A DNA stretch of 63,839 nucleotides, filler included, from Hyphochytrium catenoides (lineage: Eukaryota; Protista; Hyphochytriomycota): the NCBI GenBank assembly GCA_900088475.1. It is 8 parts of 8 records of this genome, joined end to end, with 100 filler letters (N's around TTAATTAATTAA, not from the genome) between each part and the next. Parts side by side here need not be neighbours in the genome. Positions count along the whole stretch, not along the records: positions 40,221 to 53,935 come from FLMG01000428.1; positions 54,036 to 60,499 come from FLMG01002151.1; 6 more parts are not named here. The stretch is one strand, 5' to 3'. A program made the translations under genes and the position numbers. The notes under the pieces were generated by a model. It did no database searches, was not told where the DNA came from, and worked only from the letters and a program-made list of their open reading frames with translations. Positions 42,719 to 55,389 of this stretch are shown piece after piece. The stretch's first letter is position 1; every line of letters starts with the position of its first letter.

Positions 42719-44341
42719 TCACATAGCCTCCCTGTACTCCTCCAGCTTCTTGATGGAGCCAGTGTCAATAAACTCTTGCACTTTCTCCTTGCTGACCTTG
42801 CCAATGCCCTTGATCCCGTCCAGATCCTTACCAGACTTTACAGGGCGCTCGAACTCACGGATTATCTTTCCCAGCTACATAAAGGCAAGTGAGAGGGCAA
42901 CGAGAAGCATTGGTTACCCACCAACAAGGTTAGCCATTAACACGACGAACGAGAGAGAAGAGGCAGAGATCATGAAGAGTAGGGAGAGTTTTCTGCGGAG
43001 AGAGATAGAGATGAAAGGACACGGCCTTACCTTGGCGTAGGTCATCGCTTGGAAGCGGTTCCCATGCTTAAATTCAAAGCCTTTCAGTTCTGAAAAAGCT
43101 TCATAGAGTCCCTCGTTCTCTGGACAAACGATTTCTACGCCTTTTTTCTTCTTCTTGTCCGATTCTTCTCCTTCTTCAGAATCCTCCTTCTTTGCCTTCT
43201 TGGCTCTTATCTTCTTAGTCTTTTTCTTCTCCGCCTCTTCAGCCTCCTCCTCATCTTCCTCCTCTTCCTTCTGCTCTTTCTTTGGTCGTCCCCGCTTCTT
43301 CTTTTTGGGGACGTCTTCTTCTTCCTCCTCCTCCTCCTCCTCCGACTCTCCTTTTTTCTTCTTGGAAGGCTTCTTTTTGCTGTCTGGCTTCTTCTTGACC
43401 GCGCTTACTCCATACTTCTCCTCGAGGTGCTGACCCAAGCTAATGTTAGGTGAAAAGTAGAAGGAGATGTTTGGGAGGTTCCTCGATACTTCTCTCTCTC
43501 TTTCTCTTTTTCTGTGCGCATCTGCCTCTCTCTTTCTCTCTGCTGTGTCCTGTCTCACTCTTTGGTTGCTTTCCTTCTCTCTCTCTCTCAGACCTATACG
43601 GTCTCTCTCACCCGTATAACCCTACCTCAAGCGCTTTAGCAGGGTCACCGTCCGCCGCACTCAACGCCATCCCAGCCGCCATTCGGGCTTTCTGCTCATC
43701 CTGATAGAGCCATGACAATAGTATCCGAGTTAGAAAGTATTTCTCGAAAACCTCATGAGGAAGCCACGACAGCATACAAGGGGACCGAGTAAGAGAGAGA
43801 GAGAGAGGACGAGAAAGAGAGAAGCAGGAGGCCAGACGACAGGATTCAGGAGGAGAGACATATTCTAGTACAGACAGAAAACAAAGCTGACCGGCGTCAG
43901 GGAGGGCAAGTAAAGGTCGCAGCTAGCTTACGGAAGGGATCCTAATGCCCTCTTCCTTACACCGAGCCACCAGCTCCTGATGCGAAGGACGGGATATGTC
44001 AGGGTTACTCAGAAAGAGAGTAATATGGAGCGATGGGTATCCGAATGAAGAGAGTGCAAGGGATACAGACAGAGAGAAAGAGAGAGAGAGAGAAAGAGAG
44101 ATAAAGGCAAAGGGAACCTAGAGGCAGACTCTAGAGAATAGCAAGACGCAGTGGCGTAAGCAGCAGGACGCAAGGAAGACTAGGAAAGAGCTGTAGGTTT
44201 TGCCCTTCTCACTCTGCCTCCGTCTCTCTCATTTCCACCCCCAACCCACATTCCGCTCTGCTCTCATCTAAAGCTGTGGTTGCTTAGCCAGGAACCTTGA
44301 CCTACCTCTGCCTTCTTCCGCATCTCCGCTCGGTTTGCCAT
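42719..44341 (-). CDS. Stand-alone DNA polymerase beta N-terminal (8-kDa, HhH/dRP-lyase-like) domain protein with acidic/basic linker and AT-hook
   Basis: Five in-frame exons: MANRAEMRKKAE / ELVARCKEEGIRIPS / DEQKARM..KALE / HLEEKYG..KKRGRPKK..CPENEGLYEAFSELKGFEFKHGNRFQAMTYAK / LGKIIREFERPVKSGKDLDGIKGIGKVSKEKVQEFIDTGSIKKLEEYREAM-TGA. Confidence 0.88.
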
Positions 44342-45185
44342 CGTGCGCTAGAGCTGGAAAGTAAGGTTAGCGCTCTGTATCCCGTGTCAAAAGCTCTTCT
44401 TATTTCTGGCCAACTCAGAAGAGAGGCTCACTAACAACTGCGATGAAGAGGGAAAACGCGAGCAACCTAGCGTGAACACCGACAAGTGAAAACAAAGCCC
44501 ACAGCTAAGAGAGAGGCGAGAAGAGCTTCTTATTGCATCAAGAGGCAGAGCTTCTTTCCATCGTCATACCTTTCCTTCTCTCCTGACTTCTGGGCCTCAA
44601 ACTAACTCTTTGCTCTACCCTGCGTTCTAGCGCCGGGAAGATGTAGTTTAGAGAGATTGAGTGCGATGGACGGCCCAGGCCTGCGGAAAGGTGAAGGACG
44701 CGCCTGCTATTATTGGACTGACGGACAAGATATTTGATCCAGATGGAGTGAGTCAGGGACACAGAGAGAGAGAGAGAGAGAGAGACAGCGAGAGAGCGAC
44801 ACGGATAGAGAGACAAGAGAGAGAGAGAGAGAGANNNNNNNNNNNNNNNNNNNNNNNNNNAGAGAGAGAGAGAGGGAGAGAGAGAGGGAGAGAGAGAGCA
44901 GAAAAGATTTTATTGGAATCAGAATCTCTTCCGTTAGCGCAGCAGCCGCTAACACCTACATAAACCCTAATCCCCCCTTTTACTTCTCCATCCGAATTGC
45001 CCTATTTCAATCACAGAGCCATCAGGCCCAAAAACCAGTCCATCGTCATAACCAGGTTCAGGAAACCAACCCTGTACACCTCCCCAATTGCGCACAAACA
45101 CCCTCGAGTACGGTCCACAATCTCTCATGGTAAATCCCAAAAAGATCTCCGACAGAATCTTCATCGGCGCCTCCAGCCGCGCGCA

Positions 45186-45238
45186 GAGCTCCAGAGCTTC
45201 AGAGCTTCAGAGCTTCAGAGCTTCAGAGCTTCAGAGCT
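45186..45238. repeat. 8-bp tandem repeat (GAGCTTCA) x ~6
   Basis: gagctcca-gagcttca x5-gagct read directly. Confidence 0.9.
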
Positions 45239-45246
45239 CATAGACG

Positions 45247-45460
45247 TTAGAGTCTGGAAGCTCTGGCGGCAGGCGACAGAAGCTTTGGTCGCTCAAAAGA
45301 GATTGCATCTCATTGTGCTGGAACTTGATGAAGATTGCTGAGGTGACGTGTGCTGTCAACGATGAGAAGGGGTTCGCGTCTGGTGTTTGGTCCATATCAG
45401 CGGCGACAGCTTAGAGCCTAGTAAGTTCTGGCGGCAGGCGGCAGAAGGTTCGGCCGCTCA
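45247..45460 (+). repeat. Two ~50-bp direct repeats 165 bp apart, each with a small hairpin
   Basis: Cores 45262-45295 and 45427-45460 are identical at 30/34 positions. Confidence 0.85.
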
Positions 45461-46572
45461 TTAGCCTATACTTCTATTCTGCTGCTAGCTTGATAACGAA
45501 CTGATGACGTCTCATCTTCTCTTATCCATTATGGCTCCGCTTCTGCTGCTTGCTGCTGCTGGTAACCTGGTGGTGTTTGCTAGCTTTAAGAATAGGTTGC
45601 CCGGTCCCTTTATGTGGTCACGCAACTCTCGCTATCGTAACTGCGTGTTCACTGCGATCCAGTCTGTTCAGCACAACGTTAGCCACATGTTTGACACTAG
45701 TTACGTTGCTACGTTACGTTAGCCCCATGTTTGACACTAAGAATGCGGTCTATGCGCTGAGTTCTTTCTAGACACTTCCCATAAGTTGATAGGTAACGAA
45801 AGCAATCTTGTCTGTCTAGCGGGTCGATCAGGGTCGTTCTCTTCGTGTTTCGCATCAAGACTCCTGTTTGTCCACATGATGTGGTCGCCTTACCCTGCTT
45901 TACAAGGAGCATTAGCCGCCCGTAGGACGCCGTACATGCTCCCTCATCATCCCGCCACAGTCATGGAACGTGACAGCAGACTCTCTGTGTTCAGGCCTGA
46001 ACAATCAACTCGACCTACTCATCGAACTAGCTCTCCACGTATGCGCTGTGTCGCGAGAGATAGCCGTGCCCTTTATGGATGATGGGACAGGCATAAAAAA
46101 TAAAGACTAGGAAGAGCGGAGGAGGATAGTTAGGTGTTGAGCTTTAACGGTGGCAGGCCAACATCCGTCCAAGAGTTCTTTGGTGCTTGATCTGCCCCGA
46201 GCTCTGTTCGCTGGCTCTTGCCCTGTGTTTCTTGGCATTGCAGCCTTCTGTCCTAAGCCGTGCATTGCAATTGTCCCTTCTTCCCTTGGAAATCCTAACA
46301 AGTGATAATGCCCTGATCACGGAGACCTTCAGATAACTTCCCTTAGAAGAACAGTTGAGTGCTACGTATTATCAAAAGTTATCTAGACAAAGAGCAAACT
46401 GGAGACTTTCTAAGAGAGGACAAAGGCTCCCTCTTTCTTTCCTCCTTCCTCGTTACACAGAGCGCTGTCCATCATATGACAGTGACCTTGCGCCTCTTCT
46501 GCATGGCACTATGACTCATAACCCTCTTCTCCTTTCCTTTTCTTCCCTTCGCTTACGCCGTTGTTTGCCTTC

Positions 46573-49500
46573 TCAGCACACTTCCAGTGCCTTCTTGGCA
46601 AAGTAGACAACATCAATATCATTGTCGGAGACCAGAACATTAAGACAAGGCCGGATCTGCCCTTCTACCACCTGCTTCTCGCTTCGCTTTGCCAGCACCT
46701 GCAGGGTCTTTGCCACTGTAAAGCGAATGTTGGCGACAGGATCTTGTGCCATCCGGACCACGAGAGGGAGAAGGTTCCGCTGAAGAACCTCCACTGGAAC
46801 CGTGTCGGAGAGAACCTAGGCAGAGAGAAGAGTATTAGGAGCAAGAAGAAACATGGTGAAAGGGGCATGATTAGCACTGCTCCTCGACTAAAGGAGACGG
46901 GAAAGCAAAGAAGAGAGAGAGAGAGGGTCCCGTAATGACTAGACGTCATAGGAGGCTTTGAGCTTTAACAAAAGTGAGAGAGTCTTAGCGCACTGCGAAC
47001 AGAAAGAGAGAAGACTGAGGCTGACCTGGAGGTATCGGCAAAGAGAGCCAACATGGAGGCACCGACAAAAACAGAAAGACTCGACAAACACAAAAGAGGG
47101 CGACAAAGAGTGACAGCAGAGAGAAAGCAGAAAAGAGTTAGAGTTACCTGGACGGCATTTAGCGATGTCATTCTTCGGAGGTAATTCGTGTGCGAGTACA
47201 TTTCTTGGACCTTAGGAATGACCTTGTCCACTGCCCATTGAACGCCAAAGAGATCCGTCAACTTCTTCAGATTCAACGTCGCCGCCTCTGAAGATGGGGA
47301 AGGGCCGCGTGAGCGTCATGCTAACAAAGGTTGAAAAAGAACGAGAAATAGAGATCCAGTGGAGTGGGAGGCGAGCCAACCAGCATAGAAGAAGGAATTG
47401 AAAGAGCAACAAGAGCGAGCCTCCGGAAGCATGCCAAGGTTTGGGGGCCTAGGCCACGGAACAATGAGAAGAGAGACCAGGCTTTTCAGAGCAACAGAAC
47501 ACAAAGTGTTTTTGTGAGAAGCTGATGAATATTTGGGCCTAGAGAGCAAGAGATATGCAGGCCAAGAGTGGCTACAAGGACCTCTGATGGAGTAGACGTG
47601 GTCTCCAAGCCAGGACATGCAGAGGTCAGCGAGCCGCTCATCAAAGAACTCTTGACCAAGTTGTGCAGCCAATAGAGGCATGTGCTGAAGGCAAGGGATG
47701 AAGACGCTTATAAGAGAGGAGTAGTGGGCAGAGTCCACAAGAGGAGAAGGAAACCTGAGGAAGGATCAGTGCGTGTGAATTTAAACCAAAGCGCAGCGCG
47801 CGCACGAGAGAGAGTGGGAGAATCACCAGAGAAGCTGACGTGGGGCTATGGAAGGAGAGAGACGCTAAGGGGCAAGCATCATATATATGTGGACAATACC
47901 TCTATGATAGCAAGTCGGACTCTCCATTGCCGGTCTGAAGAGAGCTCAACAATCGCTGGAAGGAGAGACTGGGAGAGGAGCTCAATCCCAATCACCTGTT
48001 CAGTAAAGACGTTAGGAAGTCAGCTTTTTCGGTTGCAAATTGTCCTCTCTCTCCCTTCCGTCTGTTTCTCCTTTGGCCGTGCAATTCCCTCCCAACTCTT
48101 GACTTATGTTGAGTCAATTTCCTCTGCAAGCAATCCATTACTAAGTGCTTTTCTCCTCTCTGATGCCTGGTCTCCTCTAATTCTCTATCGTCCTGGTCCA
48201 GCCACTGAGCTTGCCTCTTTCAATGTCTTACCGAGTTCACATCCTCCAGTTTGGAGATGATGTTTAGACGAACCTCTGAGTTCTCGTCTCTTAAAAGCTG
48301 CCAGAGATCGAGCATTAAGGTTAGCAACTAACATCAACAGAACTATGGGGTTGAGGAAGACGACATGAGAGAGTCGCTCCCCTGGCTGTTGGCAACCACA
48401 AACTGCCCGACCAGGTTGGGAAAGAGTATATAGCGCTATCACGTCTTCAGATAAATGGACGGTTAACGGAGAAAAGAGACGAAGAGATCAGATATAGTAC
48501 CGAAGAATGAGAGAAAGGAGAAAAGAAGCGATACCTGTAGAAATATAGGCAAAAGATGCTGAATAGTATTCTCTCTTCCGAGAACAATGGCCATCCCCAT
48601 GATGACCGAGGCAAGGGCAGAGCGCACATGCTCAGAGCCGTCAGAGGCAAGTTGTCTAACATTGCCCATCAGGCTCTCCATAACAATTGGCAGACCCACC
48701 AGCTTCGAGACGGCCGTGACCTAAAAGACAACGGAGGATTAGGGCAAGAGAGAGGACATAAGGTGAAAGCCAAAGGACGGCCTTGTTCGGACTAATTAAG
48801 TCCCTCTCCACCTCTTCTCTCTCTCTCTCTCTCTCTATCCATTTATCTAATTATTTATCTATCTATCTCTATCTGTGTACGTGTATGTGTCCCGCCCTCT
48901 TCTTCTCCAGCTTGACAACCCATTACCTTGAGAGACGCTGCTGTTCTGACTTCGGCCTCTCCATCCTGTAGAAGTCTAAGGTATCCATCGAGCAGGTGTT
49001 GCACCACTGGGGCAGAGCCAAGCACTTCCGCCACCTCCACAAACTTATTCGCAACCGACCATCGGACGCGCCAGGACCTGGATGGAAGATAGATTTCCGT
49101 GCAATCAGACATAGGCATAAGACCTTTATCTTCTCCTCTGACCATGTTGCTCTTCTGTCTCTACTGACTCTTCCCCTACTCCATATAGCAAGGAAAGTAA
49201 GGAAGAGGAGGGATCTTGGCTTCCGCTTCATAAGATCCAGTTGGGCCCGTGACTCCGGCACTTATGTCGAATCACCCTCAGTATCGCCTGTATTCTCTGT
49301 CTATAAAGCGCCCGCGCCTACCTGTCAGCAATATGATACACAAGGACAGGTACCACCGCACTGGCGGTGATGTCTGGAGGAAGAATCTAAATGGGGGACC
49401 GAAAGAGAAGAGAAAGTAAACTTTAGAGTTGGGGACAGAGACGCTCAACTGCTGAGAAAAAAGATGCACCGAAGTCCGAGGAGGAGAATGTCGGGGCCTA

Positions 49501-50705
49501 AGGTAAGGTTAAGGACGGAGATGGATCCCAGCTTCAAGAAGGTAGAAGAAGTGACAGGCCGGACAAGAAAAGTAGGAAGTCAGAAAGAAGGTGAAGAAAC
49601 AGATAGAAGCGATGCCAGAACTATTGAAAGATGGAGATTAGGCATCCAAAACGGGAGGTGACAGGTATCAATAAGAAGATATGGACAAGATAGGAGTGGA
49701 CGACAAAGGTCCTACCTTTGCAAGAGCTATACAGTTATCGACCGTTAGCAGGCGGACGGAGTCCTGATCGTCATCCGCCAGAGCAGAGAAGAGAGGTAGC
49801 ATCTCAGACTGCACGATGCCGGGTTCAATCTACGGCACAAAAGCGATGTCAGAGAGATTACTGCAAAAGATGCTATGCCGCTCGAAAGACCGTGATGCAC
49901 AGAAGAAGAGCTGAATGCGAAGAGAGAGAGAACGAGGTGAGAGAGAGACACAGAGAGAGAGAGAGAGACCGAGTGAGAGAGACATGGACGGACAGGCATA
50001 GAGAAAGAGAGAGAGAAAAAAAGGTTTCCGATGCTGTATGCTAATCCTTGCCTTACTTTTGAAACGAATGCGCCAAAGGCTCCTGCCGCTGCCCTCCGCA
50101 CCATGGGAGTCTCATCCCGACATCGCTAGCACACACACAAATATGAAAAAGGAAGGTGGCAGAAGATTGGAAAATTGGACTCGTCAGTGTGTCAAGCATA
50201 GATAGCATCTGGATAGAGCCACAGCTAAAAAGAAGACAGCAACTGGAGACAGAGTGAGAGAGTTTGGGCATCTACCTGTCCGAATAGACCCCGCAACTCG
50301 GCCTTAGTGGCAGGAGACATGCGCTGATAGGCAACAGCAAACAGTCCGCAGGCTCCAACCCTTGACGTAAACCTACCACGTGAAGGCTTCACAGTTAGAA
50401 GGTTATCGAAGTTGCCCATGAGGAAACGCAAAAGACGAATGAGAGAGCTTGAATGGACTGTCTTGTCTCTCTCTCTTTCTCACCAATCTCTTGTGGCGAG
50501 CCTTCTGACCAAAGGCACAAAGTACTCTGACACATGCGCGTCGCTGATCAGCGTGACAATGTTACAGATACTGGCTACCGCCTTGTTCCTGACAGTGCTC
50601 TCTTCCGTGGTGACGAGAGACTCAAGGGGAGCCAGGAGATGAAAGGCAAACTCTGGGCCTCCAACCAATGGAGTCATCTCCCCTTGGGACCGAATAGAAG
50701 CGAGA

Positions 50706-50757
<52 letters not shown>

Positions 50758-51225
50758 AGACAGGACGACGTGAGAAAGGGACCTAGAAGTCTCCAGTTGA
50801 GGGAAAGAGAGAGAGAGGAAGTAATGGCAAGGGCAATGATTGGAAGGCACAGCAAAATTGTCTGACAGAGTAAGCGAAAGAGAGGGCATAAATTACACAG
50901 GTAAAAGAGACAAAAAGAGAGAGAGAGAAAGAGAGAGGCAGAGAGACAGAGAGAGGGGCAGAGAAGCAGAGAGAGAGAGACGGGGAGAAGTGCAACTAAA
51001 AAGAGATGGTATAACTCCTTGAGGCCAGGGCGAAAGACAGGACAAAAAAGAATGGACAAGTTCCAAGACAGAGGCAACGAGAGAAAGAGAGANNNNNNNN
51101 NNNNNNNNNNTCTTACCTAACTGCTCTGCCATCACCAGCAGCACCTCATCCTCATCATCAATCGACTCTGGATCCAGAAGGCAGACGAAGTGAGTGTGTT
51201 TATGTGAGAGAGAGAGAGAGGCAAG

Positions 51226-51268
<43 letters not shown>

Positions 51269-52416
51269 GCTCTTCTTACCGCAGAGAAAAGGCAAGAGCT
51301 CTAGCCGTGTACGCTCGGGTCCTAATGCTCGAGCTGAGGGAAAAGCGTGGCAAAGGAGGAGAAATAAGAAGAAGATGAAATGAGCAAGAGAAAGAAGGGA
51401 GACACACTATGCAATTTCGAGTGAAGAGGAGAAGATTTATAATGCATTACCGTCAAGAGAGACAGTGTGAAAGAAAGAGACAAACCAAGCAACTTTAATC
51501 CACTCGGAGAGAGAGGGAGAGAGAGAAAGAGAGAGAGCAAGAAGGAAGAGAGATAAAGAGAGAGAGAGGGAGAGAGAGACAAGGTGGCGCGGGAGAGGAA
51601 CCTAGGAAAATTTGAAACTAGAGAGAACACATGAGAGAAGACTATGGGGGGAGGAAAGAGTAAGAAAGACTCTGTCTGGCTAGCTGTGTGGAGGAAGGTG
51701 GATAAAGACGAAAGTGAAAGCTCGTGGTTGCCGGACGGCGAAACAGGAGAGTGACATGAGGGGAAGAGAGAGCTAGACTTGAGAGAGAGAGAGAGAGAGA
51801 TGGAGAGAGAGAAAGAGAAGGAGGAAGAGACAGCGAAAAAGACAGAAAGAAAGGAGAGAGACAACGAGAGAGAGAGAGAGAAGGAGGCAGAAAGATATAT
51901 TGAGAGACGCAGAGAAATGAGAGAGAAAGTGAATGATTGAGAGAAAGACTATGTGACAGACAAGAGAGAGGTAAAGAGAGCAAGATGGCAGAGAAAAAAG
52001 AGAGGGGGAGAGAGAGAGAGAGAGAGAGAGAGNNNNNNNNNNNNNNNNNNNNNNNNNNNNNNNNNNNNNNNNNNNNNNNNNNNNNNNNNNNNNNNNNNNN
52101 NNNNNNNATTGAGTCCTCTGCGCTCAAGAGAGAGACGCAATGTGGAGAGAGATGTGTGAGAGAGCGCATGAGAAAGAGGGAGATGGGGAAGGAGAGGAAA
52201 AGAAGGAGAGATAAAGTAGGGAGCGGCGGCATATAGGGAAAGGACAAGGGCAAGAGAAAGAGAGAGGGAGGGGAGAGAGAGAGAAAGACAGAGAAAGACA
52301 GAGAAAGAGAGAGAAAGAGTAAGAGAGAGAAAGAAAGAAAGAGAAAGAAAGAAAAAGAGAGAGAAAGAAAGAAAGAGAAAGAAAGAAAAAGAGAGAGAGA
52401 GAGAAAGAAAGAGAGA

Positions 52417-52460
<44 letters not shown>

Positions 52461-53181
52461 GAGACAGAGAGAGAAGAGAAAGTAAGAGAGAGAGCGAGAA
52501 AGATAGAGAGAGGGATAGAGAGAAAGAAAGAGAGAGAGAGAGCAAGAGAGAGAGAGAGCGAGAGAGAGAGAGGCGCGGAGAGTATGAGAGGAGAATGAGA
52601 CAATAAGAACAAGCGAGGGAAAGTAGGGAGGGAGAAGAGAATGAGGGCAACACAAAGATTGAGAGAAGAAGTAACAAGGGAAAAAGAACAAACAAAGAAA
52701 TCGAGGGCAAGAGAGACAGAATCAAAGAAAGAGAGCAAGGAGCGAGCAAAGGAAAGAATCGAGTCAGAGACAGANNNNNNNNNNNNNNNNNNNNNNNNNN
52801 NNNNNNNNNNNNNNNNNNNNNNNNNNNNNNNNNNNNNNNNNNNNNNNNNNNNNNNNNNNNNNNNNNNNNNNNNNNNNNNNNNNNNNNNNNNNNNNNNNNN
52901 NNNNNNNNNNNNNNNNNNNNNNNNNNNNNNNNNNNNNNNNNNNNNNNNNNNNNNNNNNNNNNNNNNNNNNNNNNNNNNNNNNNNNNNNNNNNNNNNNNNN
53001 NNNNNNNNNNNNNNNNNNNNNNNNNNNNNNNNNNNNNNNNNNNNNNGACAGAATCAAAGAAAGAGAGCAAGGAGCGAGCAAATATCGAGTCAGAGACAGA
53101 GACGAAGCTTACGGTCAGAGAGAAGCAGACCGAGAAGCGAATAAATAAAGGACACCAGATTGGAGAAAGACAGGCAGAGAC

Positions 53182-53221
<40 letters not shown>

Positions 53222-53247
53222 NNNNNNNNNNNNNNNNNNNNNNNNNN

Positions 53248-53278
<31 letters not shown>

Positions 53279-53474
53279 GTTGTGGAGAGCGGAGGGGCGG
53301 GCAGACAAAGAGAGAACACTAAAGAGCTAGAGAAAATGAGAGAGAGAGAGGGAGAGAGAGAGAGGTAGCATGCGAGAGAGAGAGGGAAAGAAAGAAGAAA
53401 ACACGAGAGAGAGAGAGAGATCAAAAAGGTTATCGTCCACCTTCAGCTGGTGATCTGCTTTCCATTGTGTCCAT
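46573..53474 (-). CDS. PPP2R1A: Protein phosphatase 2A scaffold subunit A (HEAT repeats); exons 46573-51321 firm, 5' exons partly lost in N gaps, start near 53474 tentative
   Basis: [142 protein letters not shown]. Confidence 0.95.
51440..53420. repeat. Extended (GA)n/(CT)n microsatellite-rich intronic DNA (representative; pervasive through the window)
   Basis: Near-pure purine + strand inside the minus-strand PP2A-A gene; source of the spurious SL/RE-rich ORFs. Confidence 0.95.
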
Positions 53475-53731
53475 TGCTACTGAGGCCCTGTTGCGGAGGG
53501 CTGCGGAGCGGAAAGACAAGATCGCTTGCCCTTTCTTTCTCTCTCCGTCCTGATCGTCCTTTTAGAATCTGGTCTCTCTCTGTCTCTCTCTCCTCTCTGA
53601 TAATTAGCTGAGCACAAGCATCTGCAGGCTTGGTCTGGGGAGGAAAGCTTCATGAGGAGTCAAGAGCCCAGGATCTGCAGATGAAGATAATGCTATTTCT
53701 GAGGCCTCCTCTCTTCATTCACAGCTGAGTC

Positions 53732-53771
<40 letters not shown>

Positions 53772-55389
53772 GCTTTTTTCTCGACCTCTCCCTGTATCCT
53801 CTGTGCTCATCTCTTGGCCTCTCTTATTCTCTCTCTCTCTCTCTTTCTCTTCACGCCTCTCTGTCTCATCTATAGATCCGTACTATACACCTTGAGGTTC
53901 GATACTGTGTATAATACGGTATAAATACAGTATTANNNNNNNNNNNNNNNNNNNNNNNNNNNNNNNNNNNNNNNNNNNNTTAATTAATTAANNNNNNNNN
54001 NNNNNNNNNNNNNNNNNNNNNNNNNNNNNNNNNNNAGCCTTCGCCGTCACTGGAGGTGATCGTACCGTACGCCGATGTTGTTCCCTTGGACATGCCTCTG
54101 GTTCAATATATACTGTGTCAACGGAGCCACCAATGAGTCTCCTCTCCAACAGATCTCTATAGATCTAAGTGGTCACTCTCATCAGCCGGATCTCATAAAG
54201 CAGATGTGAGATCTGAGGCCAGCCCGCTATCGCCCGCGTTGGGCTTGCTCTAGGAGCTCTTGCTCCCAATCCATGCACGGCAAGGACCTCATCAGTCTGA
54301 AGCGACATCATCACCACCGCGCACGCTGCTATTTGTAACGCCATTTGTGAATGGCGTTAGCGGTTAACAATATGGCTTTGGATGTCGGGGATCTTTCCTT
54401 CCCGGTTCATAATCCTCTCGATACTATTCCTGATACGCCTTTTCTAATTTCCCGCCTTTGATCGTTTTTGGCGCCTTTTGTTTTCGGACAGCCTATCGAG
54501 TGCTGTACACGGTCGGAAATTTATTTGTGTAGTATGAGGTTTTCATATGAGGTTTTCATCGTAGGTTACAGCACTGTATGAAGCGCTCTCATGGGAAAGG
54601 AAAGGAAAGATTATGAGAAGGTTTCCGGAAGTGGCCACATTTTGTAGGGAGAGGGACATCTTAACCCGTAGACCTGGAGGATGCCTGGACTCGTACGAAA
54701 TTTCAAATTAGGAAGTGGTTCATCATCAGTCGGTATTACCACCTCTTACTCTAGAATTGGTGGGAGGGCTTTATAGATAGACAATGGGAATATTATTTTT
54801 TTGTAGAACAGTGAAGCTTGACCTGAAAGAGTGCTCTGTCTGTTTCTCCTCTCCAATCTCTAGCTCTCTCTCTCTCTCTCTGTCTCTATCTCTCACTTTC
54901 TCTCTCTTTCTGTCTCACTCTCTCTTTCTGTCTCTCTCTCTCTCTCTNNNNNNNNNNNNNNNNNNNNNNNNNNNNNNNNNNNNNNNNNNNNTCTCTCTGT
55001 TTAGTTTTTTGTTCTCTCTCTTTGCTCATCTCTCTTTCCCGTTCAGTCTCTCTTCCTCGCTCACTCTTTCTGTCTCTGTCTCTCTCTGTCTCTCTCCCTC
55101 TCTCTCTCTCATGACACATGACTTCTGTCCTCTCTGTTGTTGATCTGGAGAGATGAACTTCAGCTGACAGGACGCGTTCTCTCCTTGACTACGCGAGAGG
55201 GGAAACTGCCGATAGCCGTGCTCGCACTCCCGAACAAGACCCGCTCCTCTCTAAGTTCCAAGCTTGCTTATTGGAGCTCCATCTCTGGCTCGTTGGATGC
55301 ATTCAGAGACCAGTTAGCCCTCAGTTCAGAAGCAAGAGGAGCTGCAAATCTTTTCTTTTCCTTTCCTTACTGAGCTAGAGCATATCAAT

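Noticed and set aside
44961-44970. TAAACCCTAA as telomerase template or telomere; also CCTAACCCTAGCCCTAACC at 10730-10748
   Set aside because: Isolated short matches with no supporting pseudoknot or array; at most telo-box-like or chance.
52714-53100. Near-identical ~55-bp sequences flanking an N gap
   Set aside because: Likely a collapsed intronic tandem repeat or scaffold overlap artefact.
51642-53424. Long ORFs of 349 and 491 aa (and dozens of SL-/RE-rich ORFs elsewhere)
   Set aside because: Translations of (CT)n/(GA)n microsatellites and N gaps; stop-free for compositional reasons and located inside introns.
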